From contig NGFH01000003.1 of the NCBI GenBank assembly GCA_002215675.1, positions 80,957-144,956 of the forward strand: a stretch of 64,000 nucleotides of DNA, in the 5' to 3' direction. The stretch is from Bacteroidetes bacterium 2013_40CM_41_45 (GTDB lineage: Bacteria; Bacteroidota; Bacteroidia; AKYH767-A; 2013-40CM-41-45). Within the stretch, counting starts at the first letter, position 1, and each line of letters begins with the position of its first letter. Made by a program: the position numbers and the translations under genes. The notes under the pieces were generated by a model. It did no database searches. It was not told where the DNA came from and was given only the letters and a program-made list of their open reading frames with translations. Below are positions 55,231 to 63,152 of this stretch, one piece after another.

Positions 55231-55410
55231 ATGAATAAAATAGAAGAAGAATTTTTATCAAGCTTGAAAGCATTATGTGTTAGATATAATGTTGAAGTTA
55301 AGTATATTGATTATGATAAAGTTTATTATTTTCATGGAATTAATCTTCAAGATTCAGAAGATGATTTCTTTGTGAGTATAGATGATATTATAGAATTTAT
55401 GGATAAATAA
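55231..55410 (+). CDS. small acidic hypothetical protein (59 aa)
   Basis: Manual translation gives MNKIEEEFLSSLKAL... Fills a gap in the ORF track. Confidence 0.35.
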   Translation: MNKIEEEFLSSLKALCVRYNVEVKYIDYDKVYYFHGINLQDSEDDFFVSIDDIIEFMDK

Positions 55411-55415
55411 ACCAT

Positions 55416-55658
55416 ATGAAACAAAAAAAAACTTGTAAACATAATGGCAAAATATTAATTACAAAATATTTTAAAACATCAACTCAAATTTCCATTGAAA
55501 ATAATGAACACGAAGAATTTTATGATGAAGATTATCATGAAGGAAAATATTATAAGGTTGAAGGATATTGTTGTCAATGTAAAAAAAATTGGTCTGCAAA
55601 AAGTATTTCAAAACTTCCAAAATTTTTTGAAAATAGATTGGAAGAATCATCTTACTAG
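55416..55658 (+). CDS. hypothetical protein (CKHNG...CCQCKK)
   Basis: 80 aa. Confidence 0.4.
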   Translation: MKQKKTCKHNGKILITKYFKTSTQISIENNEHEEFYDEDYHEGKYYKVEGYCCQCKKNWSAKSISKLPKFFENRLEESSY

Positions 55659-55669
55659 AGGTTTATAAT

Positions 55670-56119
55670 ATGGACATTGGAAGTGGTAAAGGATTTCCAG
55701 CATCAAATTTATCTAATTTTTCACCACACCCTTTTGAAATTGATGGTGTTATGTGTAATAGCATGGAGGGATTTCTTCAATCTTTAAAATTTAAAGATGT
55801 TGCCATGCAAGAATATGTTTGCACATTAGTTGGATTAAAGGCAAAATTTAAAGGCAAAGATAAAAAATGGTGGAAGACTCAAACTCTCTGGTGGAGAGGT
55901 GTTGAAATTGATAGGCATTCAAATGAATATCAATTACTTTTAGATAGAGCATATAATGAATTGTCCAAAAATGAATCTTTCAAAAGAGCATTGTTGGCAA
56001 CAGGAAATTCATCTTTGAAACATTCCATTGGAAAAAATGATGCTCATAAAACCATTTTGACTGTGAATGAATTTTGCGGTAGATTATTAAAAATCAGAGA
56101 AGGATTGAAAAATGAATGA
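55670..56119 (+). CDS. NADAR (YbiA/DUF1768) domain protein
   Basis: SNFSPHPFEIDGVMCNSMEGFLQSLKF matches the NADAR core (SNF...PF..DG......E..fQ..KF). Confidence 0.65.
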   Translation: MDIGSGKGFPASNLSNFSPHPFEIDGVMCNSMEGFLQSLKFKDVAMQEYVCTLVGLKAKFKGKDKKWWKTQTLWWRGVEIDRHSNEYQLLLDRAYNELSKNESFKRALLATGNSSLKHSIGKNDAHKTILTVNEFCGRLLKIREGLKNE

Positions 56120-56477
56120 AAATATAGTTAAAATTTTTTGTGATTTATCGGATTATAAACTTCCAAGAAATGAAAAAAATCTTGATAAGATTAATTTTGA
56201 ACTTAAAATTGGACAAAAAATTTATTGGTATTATAAAGAAGATTTAGAATTTTTTGAAAATGAAGGTGAAGATATAAAAGAAAATCTTGATTATATTTTT
56301 AGTGGAATAATTATTCCTATTCCCGGAACGGATAGTAATGCAGAACTTTATATCGAAAACTGTATTTTAGTTATTACCGATTATCCTACAGAAAAACAAT
56401 CTCCAGAGATTGATTGGGTATCATTAAACAGATTATTGGACAACGATAGTTTGATTGAAGTATTTACTAATGAATAA
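56112..56477 (+). CDS. hypothetical protein
   Basis: 121 aa. Confidence 0.45.
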   Translation: MNENIVKIFCDLSDYKLPRNEKNLDKINFELKIGQKIYWYYKEDLEFFENEGEDIKENLDYIFSGIIIPIPGTDSNAELYIENCILVITDYPTEKQSPEIDWVSLNRLLDNDSLIEVFTNE

Positions 56478-56649
56478 AAGGATGCTTTTATGAATAAATA
56501 TAAAAATTTTATAAAAACAATGCCTAATAATACTAAATTATTAGATGTTGTAAAATATTTAGATGAAGTTGGATTGAAAGGATGGATTCTTTCTGTTGTT
56601 ATAGTTGGTGATACTGAATCTATTTATTTTTTTCATAGAAAGATTGAAA

Positions 56650-56946
56650 ATGAATAAATATAAATGTTCTTGTGGTTGTATTTGGTATGCTAATGAATTC
56701 AATTCGGAATGTGAAGATAGTACAGATGATTATACAGGTGCAAGAAATCATATTGTAAAAAAAACTAAAGCTTTGTTCTCAGAAGATTATATAATATTTT
56801 GGGAATCTAATTTAGAAAATGCAAATCGTTATTCTATGTCAAATATGCCAAAAGAAATTTTAAAAATATTAAATAAAAATATAGAAGACCATAACATTAT
56901 TAAAAACATTATGAAAGATTGTTATCACAAAGGAATTGGTGTATGA
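56650..56946 (+). CDS. hypothetical protein (CSCGC)
   Basis: Start re-set to MNKYKC. Confidence 0.4.
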   Translation: MNKYKCSCGCIWYANEFNSECEDSTDDYTGARNHIVKKTKALFSEDYIIFWESNLENANRYSMSNMPKEILKILNKNIEDHNIIKNIMKDCYHKGIGV

Positions 56947-57281
56947 ATAATAATTATTGTCCAATGCATGAAGGTAAAATAGTTCTTCTAAAACTTATGC
57001 CAGAATATTCTTCAAGCGGTATTTGGTGTGAATGTGGCCTTAGTTTCGGAAATCCTGAAATATTAGATTTATCAAAAGGATTGATTGATTTAGTTGAGGG
57101 CTGGAATTTAATGTGGGAAATGGCGCAAGATGATAAAAATTTAAATAAAGAATATTTTGAAAGAATATTTGTTGATATGGGCAATGAACTTTGTTCACAA
57201 GTTAGTAAAATTATTCCATGTTATTTTGACTCAAATATTATAAATGAAAAATGGTTTTGGGATGAAAAAAATGAATATTAA
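56943..57281 (+). CDS. hypothetical protein
   Basis: RBS AAGGAA. ATGA overlap. Confidence 0.45.
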   Translation: MNNNYCPMHEGKIVLLKLMPEYSSSGIWCECGLSFGNPEILDLSKGLIDLVEGWNLMWEMAQDDKNLNKEYFERIFVDMGNELCSQVSKIIPCYFDSNIINEKWFWDEKNEY

Positions 57282-57861
57282 TCAACAAAAAGAAATCACT
57301 AATGAAGTAATGGAACAAATATTTCCAATAGATTTATATAGTATTGTTGCTGGTGGCGCACCTAGAGACTGGTATTTCCATCGTGAAGCTTCAGATATTG
57401 ATATATTTCTTCATCGTCCAGATTTACAAACATCTTGGAGTTTCGTTGAAACATTTAAATCTATTGGATTATCAGTATCACAACTTGGAAGCAATTTAAC
57501 AAATCATCCAATATATGCTAAAAATATGTTGATTGATAAAGTGTTTGAATGTGAATATAAAAAATTAAAATTTCAATTTATTAATATGAAAGAAAAAACA
57601 TTCACATCGGTTGTTCCACAATTTCCATTAACTATTTGTAAAGCTTGGTATAAAAATGGAGAAATAAATACTTATCCTGATTTTGATGCCACCGTAAAAA
57701 ATAATGTCATAGTAAAAGTAAATGATTTATATGCAGATGGAGATAAGTATATAGAAAAAATAAGAAATAAATTTCCTTATTTTCAATATTTTGATAGTTA
57801 TGAATCTTATGGAAAATATGCTTTGAATCATATTGATTATCATAATAATATACCATTTTAA
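57271..57861 (+). CDS. nucleotidyltransferase with CCA-adding/poly(A)-polymerase-type head motif (GGAPRD...DIDIF)
   Basis: IVAGGAPRDWYFHREASDIDIFL. Confidence 0.45.
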   Translation: MNINQQKEITNEVMEQIFPIDLYSIVAGGAPRDWYFHREASDIDIFLHRPDLQTSWSFVETFKSIGLSVSQLGSNLTNHPIYAKNMLIDKVFECEYKKLKFQFINMKEKTFTSVVPQFPLTICKAWYKNGEINTYPDFDATVKNNVIVKVNDLYADGDKYIEKIRNKFPYFQYFDSYESYGKYALNHIDYHNNIPF

Positions 57862-57872
57862 AGGAAATAGAT

Positions 57873-58214
57873 ATGGCTATTTATGTAAAAAATGAAAAGA
57901 AAGATGGAGACAAATCTTTTCCGGGTAGAATGGTATATATCGGAAGACCATCAATACTTGGAAATCCATATTCTCATTTGTCAAATACTTTGGCTGAATT
58001 CAAGGTAAAAAATAGAAAAGAAGCCATTGACAAATATAAGGAAATGTTTTATAATAGGATATTGTACGATGTTGAATTTAGAACGGCAATTGATTCTATT
58101 GTAAAAGATGCTTTTATTGGTCATAATATTTATTTGTTCTGCTGGTGTAAACCATTTGCTTGTCATGGTGATATTATAAAAGAATATATTGAAAGTAAAT
58201 TGAGGAATAAATGA
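57873..58214 (+). CDS. hypothetical protein (GNPY motif, DUF4326-like)
   Basis: 113 aa. Confidence 0.4.
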   Translation: MAIYVKNEKKDGDKSFPGRMVYIGRPSILGNPYSHLSNTLAEFKVKNRKEAIDKYKEMFYNRILYDVEFRTAIDSIVKDAFIGHNIYLFCWCKPFACHGDIIKEYIESKLRNK

Positions 58215-58783
58215 CCATATTTTTTACGGCTGATACACATTTTGGACATAAGAATATCATAAAACTTTGTAATCGTCCATTCAATGATGTTGACGAGATG
58301 AATAGAGAAATGATTTCAAGATGGAATTCCAAAGTTACAAAAAATGATATTATCTATCATTTGGGAGATTTTTCTTTTGGTGGATGGAATTTTGCATCAT
58401 CTATATTTCAACAGCTTCATGGCTCAACTATGGTATTGCAAGGTAATCATGATGATTGGTATAGAAATGCTACCAATATCAATGTTCACACAATACCAAA
58501 TTTGAGTGAAATCAACATTCCTGAATTAAAAATTGATGGTCATGAACAAAAAATAATTTTATGTCATTATCCAATGCGTTCATGGAATAAATCTTTTCAT
58601 GGTTCATGGCATTTATTTGGTCATGTTCATGGAACTTTAGAACCATATGGACTTTCATTTGATTGTGGTGTAGATACCAATAATTTTTATCCTTATTCTT
58701 TGAATGATGTAAAAGATAAAATGATTATTTTACAATCTGAGATAGATAACAATAAAAAGGATTATCATGTGCCTATTGTGTAA
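58211..58783 (+). CDS. calcineurin-like metallophosphoesterase
   Basis: Motifs DTHFGH, GDFSF and GNHD. Confidence 0.7.
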   Translation: MTIFFTADTHFGHKNIIKLCNRPFNDVDEMNREMISRWNSKVTKNDIIYHLGDFSFGGWNFASSIFQQLHGSTMVLQGNHDDWYRNATNINVHTIPNLSEINIPELKIDGHEQKIILCHYPMRSWNKSFHGSWHLFGHVHGTLEPYGLSFDCGVDTNNFYPYSLNDVKDKMIILQSEIDNNKKDYHVPIV

Positions 58784-59177
58784 CACCGATGAACCAACCA
58801 GATATTTTGATTTATATATAGTTGGAAGTGAAGGTCTAAATGTTTGCCATGATTGTGAAATGAAAATTGTTGAATTTTGCAGAGATTTGAAAAGTGAAAA
58901 TTCTTCTAAATTATTGAAGAAGGCAAAAAATGATAAATATTGGAAAGAAATTGGGTGGAAAAAATTTGGAATTGATTTGGATTGGAATGATTTAATTGGT
59001 GAACGAATTTTGGTACAAATGAGTCCATATGCCACCGAAGCATTGGATAGAATTGTTGAAAGAGTTCATCTTGATTTTGTATATTTTAAATATGATAATA
59101 ACGGTTATGCAAAATTATCATTGAAACTTATACGAATTCATCGAAGTGATAAATTTTTTTATGGATATAATTGGTAA
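58767..59177 (+). CDS. hypothetical protein (CLLC...CHDC)
   Basis: 136 aa. Confidence 0.45.
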   Translation: MCLLCNTDEPTRYFDLYIVGSEGLNVCHDCEMKIVEFCRDLKSENSSKLLKKAKNDKYWKEIGWKKFGIDLDWNDLIGERILVQMSPYATEALDRIVERVHLDFVYFKYDNNGYAKLSLKLIRIHRSDKFFYGYNW

Positions 59178-59194
59178 TAAATGGAGAATAAAAA

Positions 59195-59428
59195 TTGAAA
59201 ATAGTTGAAAAAGAAAATATAGAAATAGAAAAGTTGATTGCTATTCAATGCGATAAATGTAAGGTTAGATATAATGATGTAATGGAAACTCAAGAATTTT
59301 TATTTATAAATTTTGTTGGTGGGTATAATTCTATTTTTGGAGATGGAGATAAAATTGAAGGTGATATTTGTCAACATTGTTTCAAAGAAGTTCTAGGAGA
59401 ATATCTTACAGTAACTTCAGATGATTGA
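59195..59428 (+). CDS. hypothetical protein (TTG start, CDKC...CQHC)
   Basis: RBS GGAGA. Confidence 0.4.
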   Translation: MKIVEKENIEIEKLIAIQCDKCKVRYNDVMETQEFLFINFVGGYNSIFGDGDKIEGDICQHCFKEVLGEYLTVTSDD

Positions 59429-59472
59429 AATCATAAATAAAAAAATTGTTTTATTAATAGGAGAAAAAACAT

Positions 59473-59670
59473 ATGATTATAAATATTCCAGAAAAAATAG
59501 AGTATGATATTAACAATAGAGAAGCATATCTTCAATGGAAATCTGATTGCTGGAGAAATGTGGCAATTTCCCTAAAAGAATCTATTGAAAATAAAAATTC
59601 AGATAGTATTCAGAACTCTCTTGATATGTTTGAAACTGTAAAAACTATGTTTCCTTATGTTGAAATTTAG
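59473..59670 (+). CDS. hypothetical protein
   Basis: RBS AGGAGAAAAA. Confidence 0.45.
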   Translation: MIINIPEKIEYDINNREAYLQWKSDCWRNVAISLKESIENKNSDSIQNSLDMFETVKTMFPYVEI

Positions 59671-59689
59671 TTTATAAAATGGAGGTTTC

Positions 59690-59893
59690 ATGAATGACTT
59701 GCAAATTGCCTTAACTCATTATAATAAGAAACATGAAAAAGAATTTGAAGATTATGGAAATTGCCATATTGAAATATATGAGAATTGTTCTATGATTAGA
59801 CATGAATATATATATTTAGATAAGATTTTTAGAAAAGAATTTTCAATGATTAATGGTGTCAATGGACTATTAAATTATTTATTAAACAATTAA
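59690..59893 (+). CDS. hypothetical protein
   Basis: RBS GGAGG. Confidence 0.45.
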   Translation: MNDLQIALTHYNKKHEKEFEDYGNCHIEIYENCSMIRHEYIYLDKIFRKEFSMINGVNGLLNYLLNN

Positions 59894-59906
59894 TAAAGGA
59901 AAACAT

Positions 59907-60131
59907 ATGACAACTAAAAGACGTTTTTTCTATCATTATAATAAGCCATATTCACAAAAAATGGGTGAGACTTATTGGAGTGTTCATTTTAAAGATGTTT
60001 GTTATTTTGTCAAGGGAATTGATTGTCGTGTTCCAACACAAAGCAAAAATCAAAAAATACAACCTCGTGCTATTATGATTGGGTTTGCCAATAAGGTTGA
60101 ACTTCAAAATAATATAGCAATTATTAGTTGA
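59907..60131 (+). CDS. hypothetical protein
   Basis: 74 aa. Confidence 0.45.
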   Translation: MTTKRRFFYHYNKPYSQKMGETYWSVHFKDVCYFVKGIDCRVPTQSKNQKIQPRAIMIGFANKVELQNNIAIIS

Positions 60132-60137
60132 AAAACC

Positions 60138-60166
60138 TTGACAAAATTGAAAAAGTGTGGTAATAT
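60138..60166 (+). promoter_or_regulatory. sigma70-type promoter TTGACA-N17-TGgTAATAT for the tRNA cluster
   Basis: TTGACA at 60138-60143 and TAATAT at 60161-60166. Confidence 0.55.
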
Positions 60167-60424
60167 TATTTATATATTGGTTGTGAAATTGGCACAATAA
60201 ATTCGTGGGTGTATGGTCTACGATAATTGAATGTTGACTACATTCTCTGAAAAGGTTGTCATCCAGTCAACAAATTTGTTTTCGTTGGATGGTGCAGAAA
60301 TGCAGTTATCGCACAACATGACAAATAGGAAAAGGTTAGCCAATATATAATAAATTATCGTCTTACATATTATTTATTTCTCAATAATGAAATCAATAAC
60401 ACAAGCCGATAATTTATATAAAAT

Positions 60425-60506
60425 GAGAATATGATGGAATGCAGACATGCCAACCTTAGAAGTTGGTGCTAGAAATAGCATACTGGTTCAAATCCAGTTA
60501 TTCTCA
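60425..60506 (+). tRNA. tRNA-Leu(TAG), type II
   Basis: Hand fold gives acceptor GAGAATA/TATTCTC, anticodon stem CCAAC/GTTGG with loop CTTAGAA, a long variable arm, and T-arm ACTGG-TTCAAAT-CCAGT. Confidence 0.7.
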
Positions 60507-60510
60507 CTAT

Positions 60511-60585
60511 GCTGATATGAAGGGAATTGGCATACCTATTTCGCTTAAAACGAAATGTTTACAGGTTCGACTCCTGTTATCAGCA
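60511..60585 (+). tRNA. tRNA with anticodon TAA (reads UUA; Leu by anticodon) but short variable loop (type I-like)
   Basis: Acceptor GCTGATA/TATCAGC. Anticodon stem TTTCG/CGAAA with loop CTTAAAA. T-arm ACAGG-TTCGACT-CCTGT. 75 nt. Confidence 0.5.
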
Positions 60586-60599
60586 CAAACAATCACTAT

Positions 60600-60685
60600 G
60601 TTCATGTGGCTGGAATTTGGTAGACGCGGCAGTTTCAAAAACTGTTATCTGAAAAGATGTGTGAGTTCGATTCTCTCCATGAACA
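60600..60685 (+). tRNA. tRNA-Leu(CAA), type II
   Basis: Acceptor GTTCATG/CATGAAC. Anticodon loop TTCAAAA. Variable arm ATCT-GAAA-AGAT. 86 nt. Confidence 0.6.
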
Positions 60686-60689
60686 CTAT

Positions 60690-60761
60690 GTCCCATTATT
60701 TCAATGGATAGAATAAAACGCTACGAACGTTTTGGTGCGAGTTCGACTCTTGCATGGGACT
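60690..60761 (+). tRNA. tRNA-Arg(ACG)
   Basis: Acceptor GTCCCAT/ATGGGAC. Anticodon stem AAACG/CGTTT with loop CTACGAA. T-arm GCGAG-TTCGACT-CTTGC. Confidence 0.65.
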
Positions 60762-60787
60762 CAAAAATTAAATGAAAAGGATGTTTT

Positions 60788-61102
60788 ATGAATAAATTTT
60801 GGTGTATATTTAGAATATTTTTTAAGAATACACTAGGAGAACTTTATGCTATTATGATAGGTGTGCCATTAGTTATAATAGTTTTTTTATTGATTTCTCA
60901 TTGGATAAGTAATTATGGAATTTATATAAAATCTTTTCTTTATAATATTCTTTATCAAATTTGTTTATTTTTATATTTATATAAAGATTTTATTATTTAT
61001 TTTCTATTTTCAATTTTCAATTTATTTTATATTTATGGATTTTATTCTGCATTGAAATATCAATGGAATAAAGCCAAAAAAGAATACAGTGGTATATTAT
61101 GA
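60788..61102 (+). CDS. small membrane protein
   Basis: 104 aa, hydrophobic. Lies between tRNA groups. Confidence 0.4.
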   Translation: MNKFWCIFRIFFKNTLGELYAIMIGVPLVIIVFLLISHWISNYGIYIKSFLYNILYQICLFLYLYKDFIIYFLFSIFNLFYIYGFYSALKYQWNKAKKEYSGIL

Positions 61103-61455
61103 GATTTCAAATTGCACAAAAAGGTGAAAAAAGAGATGTGGAAGGATTTCTTTGGCTTCCAAGAGGCTTTGATGGCAATGAAATAAGATGGTTAGAACAT
61201 GCTAAATGGAGAGAATATTATGATGGTATTAATTGGATATTTTACTATTGGAATGATTAAACGCAGTTAATAAAGGAAATATTTTATTAATAAAAAAATA
61301 GAGTTGGGCATATTCGTATGGATTGTAGTAAGTTTATTGTATTTTATAATTCTAGGATTTACTTTACGTCATATAATGTTACTATCATTTGGCTTTATTT
61401 ATGGGATTTTAAAAATAATTTCATCAATTGATGAAACGTGAATTTTATCAATAAT

Positions 61456-61536
61456 GAGTTTGTAGCCTATTGGGATGGCATCTGCCTCTTAAGCAGACAG
61501 AGTAATCTAGAACAGGTTCGATTCCTGTCAGACTCA
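61456..61536 (+). tRNA. atypical tRNA, anticodon CTT (Lys by anticodon) with 3-bp D-stem and 14-nt variable region
   Basis: Acceptor GAGTTTG/CAGACTC (one G-U pair). Anticodon stem TCTGC/GCAGA with loop CTCTTAA. T-arm ACAGG-TTCGATT-CCTGT. Confidence 0.45.
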
Positions 61537-61549
61537 CAGAAATAAAAAT

Positions 61550-61635
61550 GGAAGAATGCATTCATGGGAATAACTAGTCTTGAAAACTAGGCTACCGAGT
61601 AGCCCTCGATAACGGTTCGATTCCGTATCCTTCCT
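61550..61635 (+). tRNA. tRNA-Ser(TGA), type II (boundaries approximate)
   Basis: Anticodon stem CTAGT/ACTAG with loop CTTGAAA. Variable arm GCTAC-CGA-GTAGC. T-loop TTCGATT. Confidence 0.5.
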
Positions 61636-61672
61636 CTAGTAAGAAAAATTCATTTTCAAAAGGATATTAAAA

Positions 61673-61804
61673 ATGTCGCCAAAGAATGAAGTTACTAAAA
61701 AATATTTGATTACAAGAGATGAAGAAGTTTTCACTGATTGGCTTTTCAAAAGTCAGGTGAGCGATTATATTCGCAGAGGATATATCGTTGAAGAAATAAA
61801 GTAA
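61673..61804 (+). CDS. small hypothetical protein (43 aa) between tRNAs
   Basis: Manual translation gives MSPKNEVTKKYLITRDEEVF... Confidence 0.3.
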   Translation: MSPKNEVTKKYLITRDEEVFTDWLFKSQVSDYIRRGYIVEEIK

Positions 61805-61810
61805 TGAATT

Positions 61811-61900
61811 GGAATCATGACAGAGTAGCAATGTGTATGTTTGCTAAACATAAGCCACCAGTAACATGATGCGTAGGTGCAAATCCTACTGATTCCGCCA
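61811..61900 (+). tRNA. tRNA-Ser(GCT), type II, with encoded 3' CCA
   Basis: Acceptor GGAATCA/TGATTCC. Anticodon stem TATGT/ACATA with loop TTGCTAA. T-arm GTAGG-TGCAAAT-CCTAC. CCA at 61898-61900. Confidence 0.55.
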
Positions 61901-61903
61901 AAT

Positions 61904-61974
61904 GACACCTATTCCTACCGGGTGGGGAATTGTCTGCAAAACAATTAATAGAGATTCGACTTCTCTAGGTGTCT
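61904..61974 (+). tRNA. tRNA-Cys(GCA)
   Basis: Acceptor GACACCT/AGGTGTC. Anticodon stem ATTGT/ACAAT with loop CTGCAAA. T-arm AGAGA-TTCGACT-TCTCT. Confidence 0.65.
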
Positions 61975-62005
61975 CTTTCAGCATTTGTTGAAACAGGAGC
62001 AAATA

Positions 62006-62143
62006 ATGAAAATTGAAAAAGCAAACAAAAGAGATAAAAAACGCTTCAAAAAGAAGAATGGAATGATTGTTGGAAATAAAAGTATTTTTATAATACAAGA
62101 AATACAAATAAAGAAATCGAATAAATTAAAGAAAAATAAATAA
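62006..62143 (+). CDS. small basic peptide (45 aa) between tRNAs
   Basis: RBS CAGGAG. Sequence is MKIEKANKRDKKRFKKKNGM... Confidence 0.3.
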   Translation: MKIEKANKRDKKRFKKKNGMIVGNKSIFIIQEIQIKKSNKLKKNK

Positions 62144-62147
62144 TTAT

Positions 62148-62220
62148 GTGTTTGTAGTGTAGTTAGTCTGCACGTTTGCCTGAAGAGCAGAAAGTGCTAG
62201 TGCAATTCTAGCCGGACACA
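62148..62220 (+). tRNA. tRNA-Phe(GAA)
   Basis: Acceptor GTGTTTG/CGGACAC (two G-U pairs). D-stem GTGT/GCAC. Anticodon loop CTGAAGA. T-arm GCTAG-TGCAATT-CTAGC. Confidence 0.6.
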
Positions 62221-62224
62221 CTAT

Positions 62225-62301
62225 CCTCCAATATACCCTCGTTCTTATAAAGCGCAGAAAGGTTAATTGGTGACATGATGGTTCGAGTCCATCTTGGAGG
62301 A
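62225..62301 (+). ncRNA. tRNA-like element: perfect 7-bp acceptor stem and canonical T-arm, but no anticodon arm found by hand
   Basis: CCTCCAA...GATGG-TTCGAGT-CCATC-TTGGAGG-A. No 5-bp/7-nt-loop pairing fits in the intervening 45 nt. Confidence 0.35.
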
Positions 62302-62305
62302 CTCT

Positions 62306-62378
62306 ATTCCTATAACTCAATAGTAGAGTGTCCGTTTTACATGCGGAATGTTGGGGGTGCAAGTCCCTCTAGGAATAC
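62306..62378 (+). tRNA. tRNA-Val(TAC)
   Basis: Acceptor ATTCCTA/TAGGAAT. D-stem ACTC/GAGT. Anticodon stem TCCGT/GCGGA with loop TTTACAT. T-arm GGGGG-TGCAAGT-CCCTC. Confidence 0.65.
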
Positions 62379-62399
62379 TAAAATTTAAGGAGAATAAAA

Positions 62400-62648
62400 A
62401 TGAATGAAAATGATATAGAACACATTATTAATCAAATGAAATATATTCCTATTAGAAATTTTTATCATGCAGATAGATATGATACAGATAATGAATATGT
62501 TATTCATCTTTGGACTGAAATAGGTCAAAAAAATTTTGACATTAGAATTAAAAAAGAAAAAATTAAATGTCCATATTGTGACGATTTTTATTATGAGGGT
62601 GGTTGGGCAAATCATTTATTAATGAAACATCATCAACATGCTGGATAA
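62400..62648 (+). CDS. hypothetical protein (CPYC ... HLLMKHHQH zinc-finger-like)
   Basis: RBS AAGGAGAA. Confidence 0.5.
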   Translation: MNENDIEHIINQMKYIPIRNFYHADRYDTDNEYVIHLWTEIGQKNFDIRIKKEKIKCPYCDDFYYEGGWANHLLMKHHQHAG

Positions 62649-62656
62649 ATTATAAA

Positions 62657-62911
62657 ATGAGACAAGTTAAACTTTTATATTTCAAATCATATGGTAAATA
62701 TTATTCTGAAGGTTCGTATGCTACTCAAAAAGAATATGATTTTGATGTTTATACCGAAGTAGAAAATATGTTTTTAATTGGTAGTTATCCGGGACTATAT
62801 AACACTGGAAAACCTCATGAATTTGATTGTGTTATTTTCCCTGAAAATGGTGTTCCCGGAATTCTTTATGCAAAAGAAATACAAAATTTATTTAAGATGA
62901 TTAATGGCTAA
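62657..62911 (+). CDS. hypothetical protein
   Basis: Start re-set to MRQVKL. Confidence 0.45.
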   Translation: MRQVKLLYFKSYGKYYSEGSYATQKEYDFDVYTEVENMFLIGSYPGLYNTGKPHEFDCVIFPENGVPGILYAKEIQNLFKMING

Positions 62912-63149
62912 ATTTGATTTAAGACCGATAATGGAATTTCAAGTAAAAGTTGTTTTGACCGAAGAAGAAGCTAGGGCGTTGCAATATATTTGTAAATATG
63001 GTGCAGATACTTTAATCAAAGGCTTGGATACTGTCATGACCACAAAAGAAATTAGCAAGGGAATCAGAAGTCTTGTTCGTGATACACAAGATTCTATAAA
63101 TAAACAAATTAGTAAAATTGATGAAGCTAGAAAAGTAGTTGAAGAATAA
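62904..63149 (+). CDS. hypothetical protein
   Basis: 81 aa. Confidence 0.45.
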   Translation: MAKFDLRPIMEFQVKVVLTEEEARALQYICKYGADTLIKGLDTVMTTKEISKGIRSLVRDTQDSINKQISKIDEARKVVEE

Positions 63150-63152
63150 TTG

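Noticed and set aside
60511-60585. Ochre suppressor interpretation of the UAA-anticodon tRNA
   Set aside because: Anticodon 5'-UAA-3' pairs with the codon UUA (Leu), not with the stop codon UAA. A suppressor would need 5'-UUA-3'.
61886-62107. Minus-strand ORFs 61886..62107 and 62385..62615
   Set aside because: They overlap the tRNA-Cys gene and plus-strand coding sequence, lack an RBS, and are hydrophobic low-complexity frames typical of AT-rich antisense.
62144-62362. Minus-strand ORF (72 aa) and a long-range CGGACAC/GTGTCCG pairing that suggested a tmRNA-like or permuted RNA
   Set aside because: The ORF lies over tRNA-Phe, the tRNA-like element and tRNA-Val. The long-range pairing is explained by CGGACAC being the 3' acceptor strand of tRNA-Phe (partner GTGTTTG upstream) and GTGTCCG being inside the D/anticodon region of tRNA-Val.
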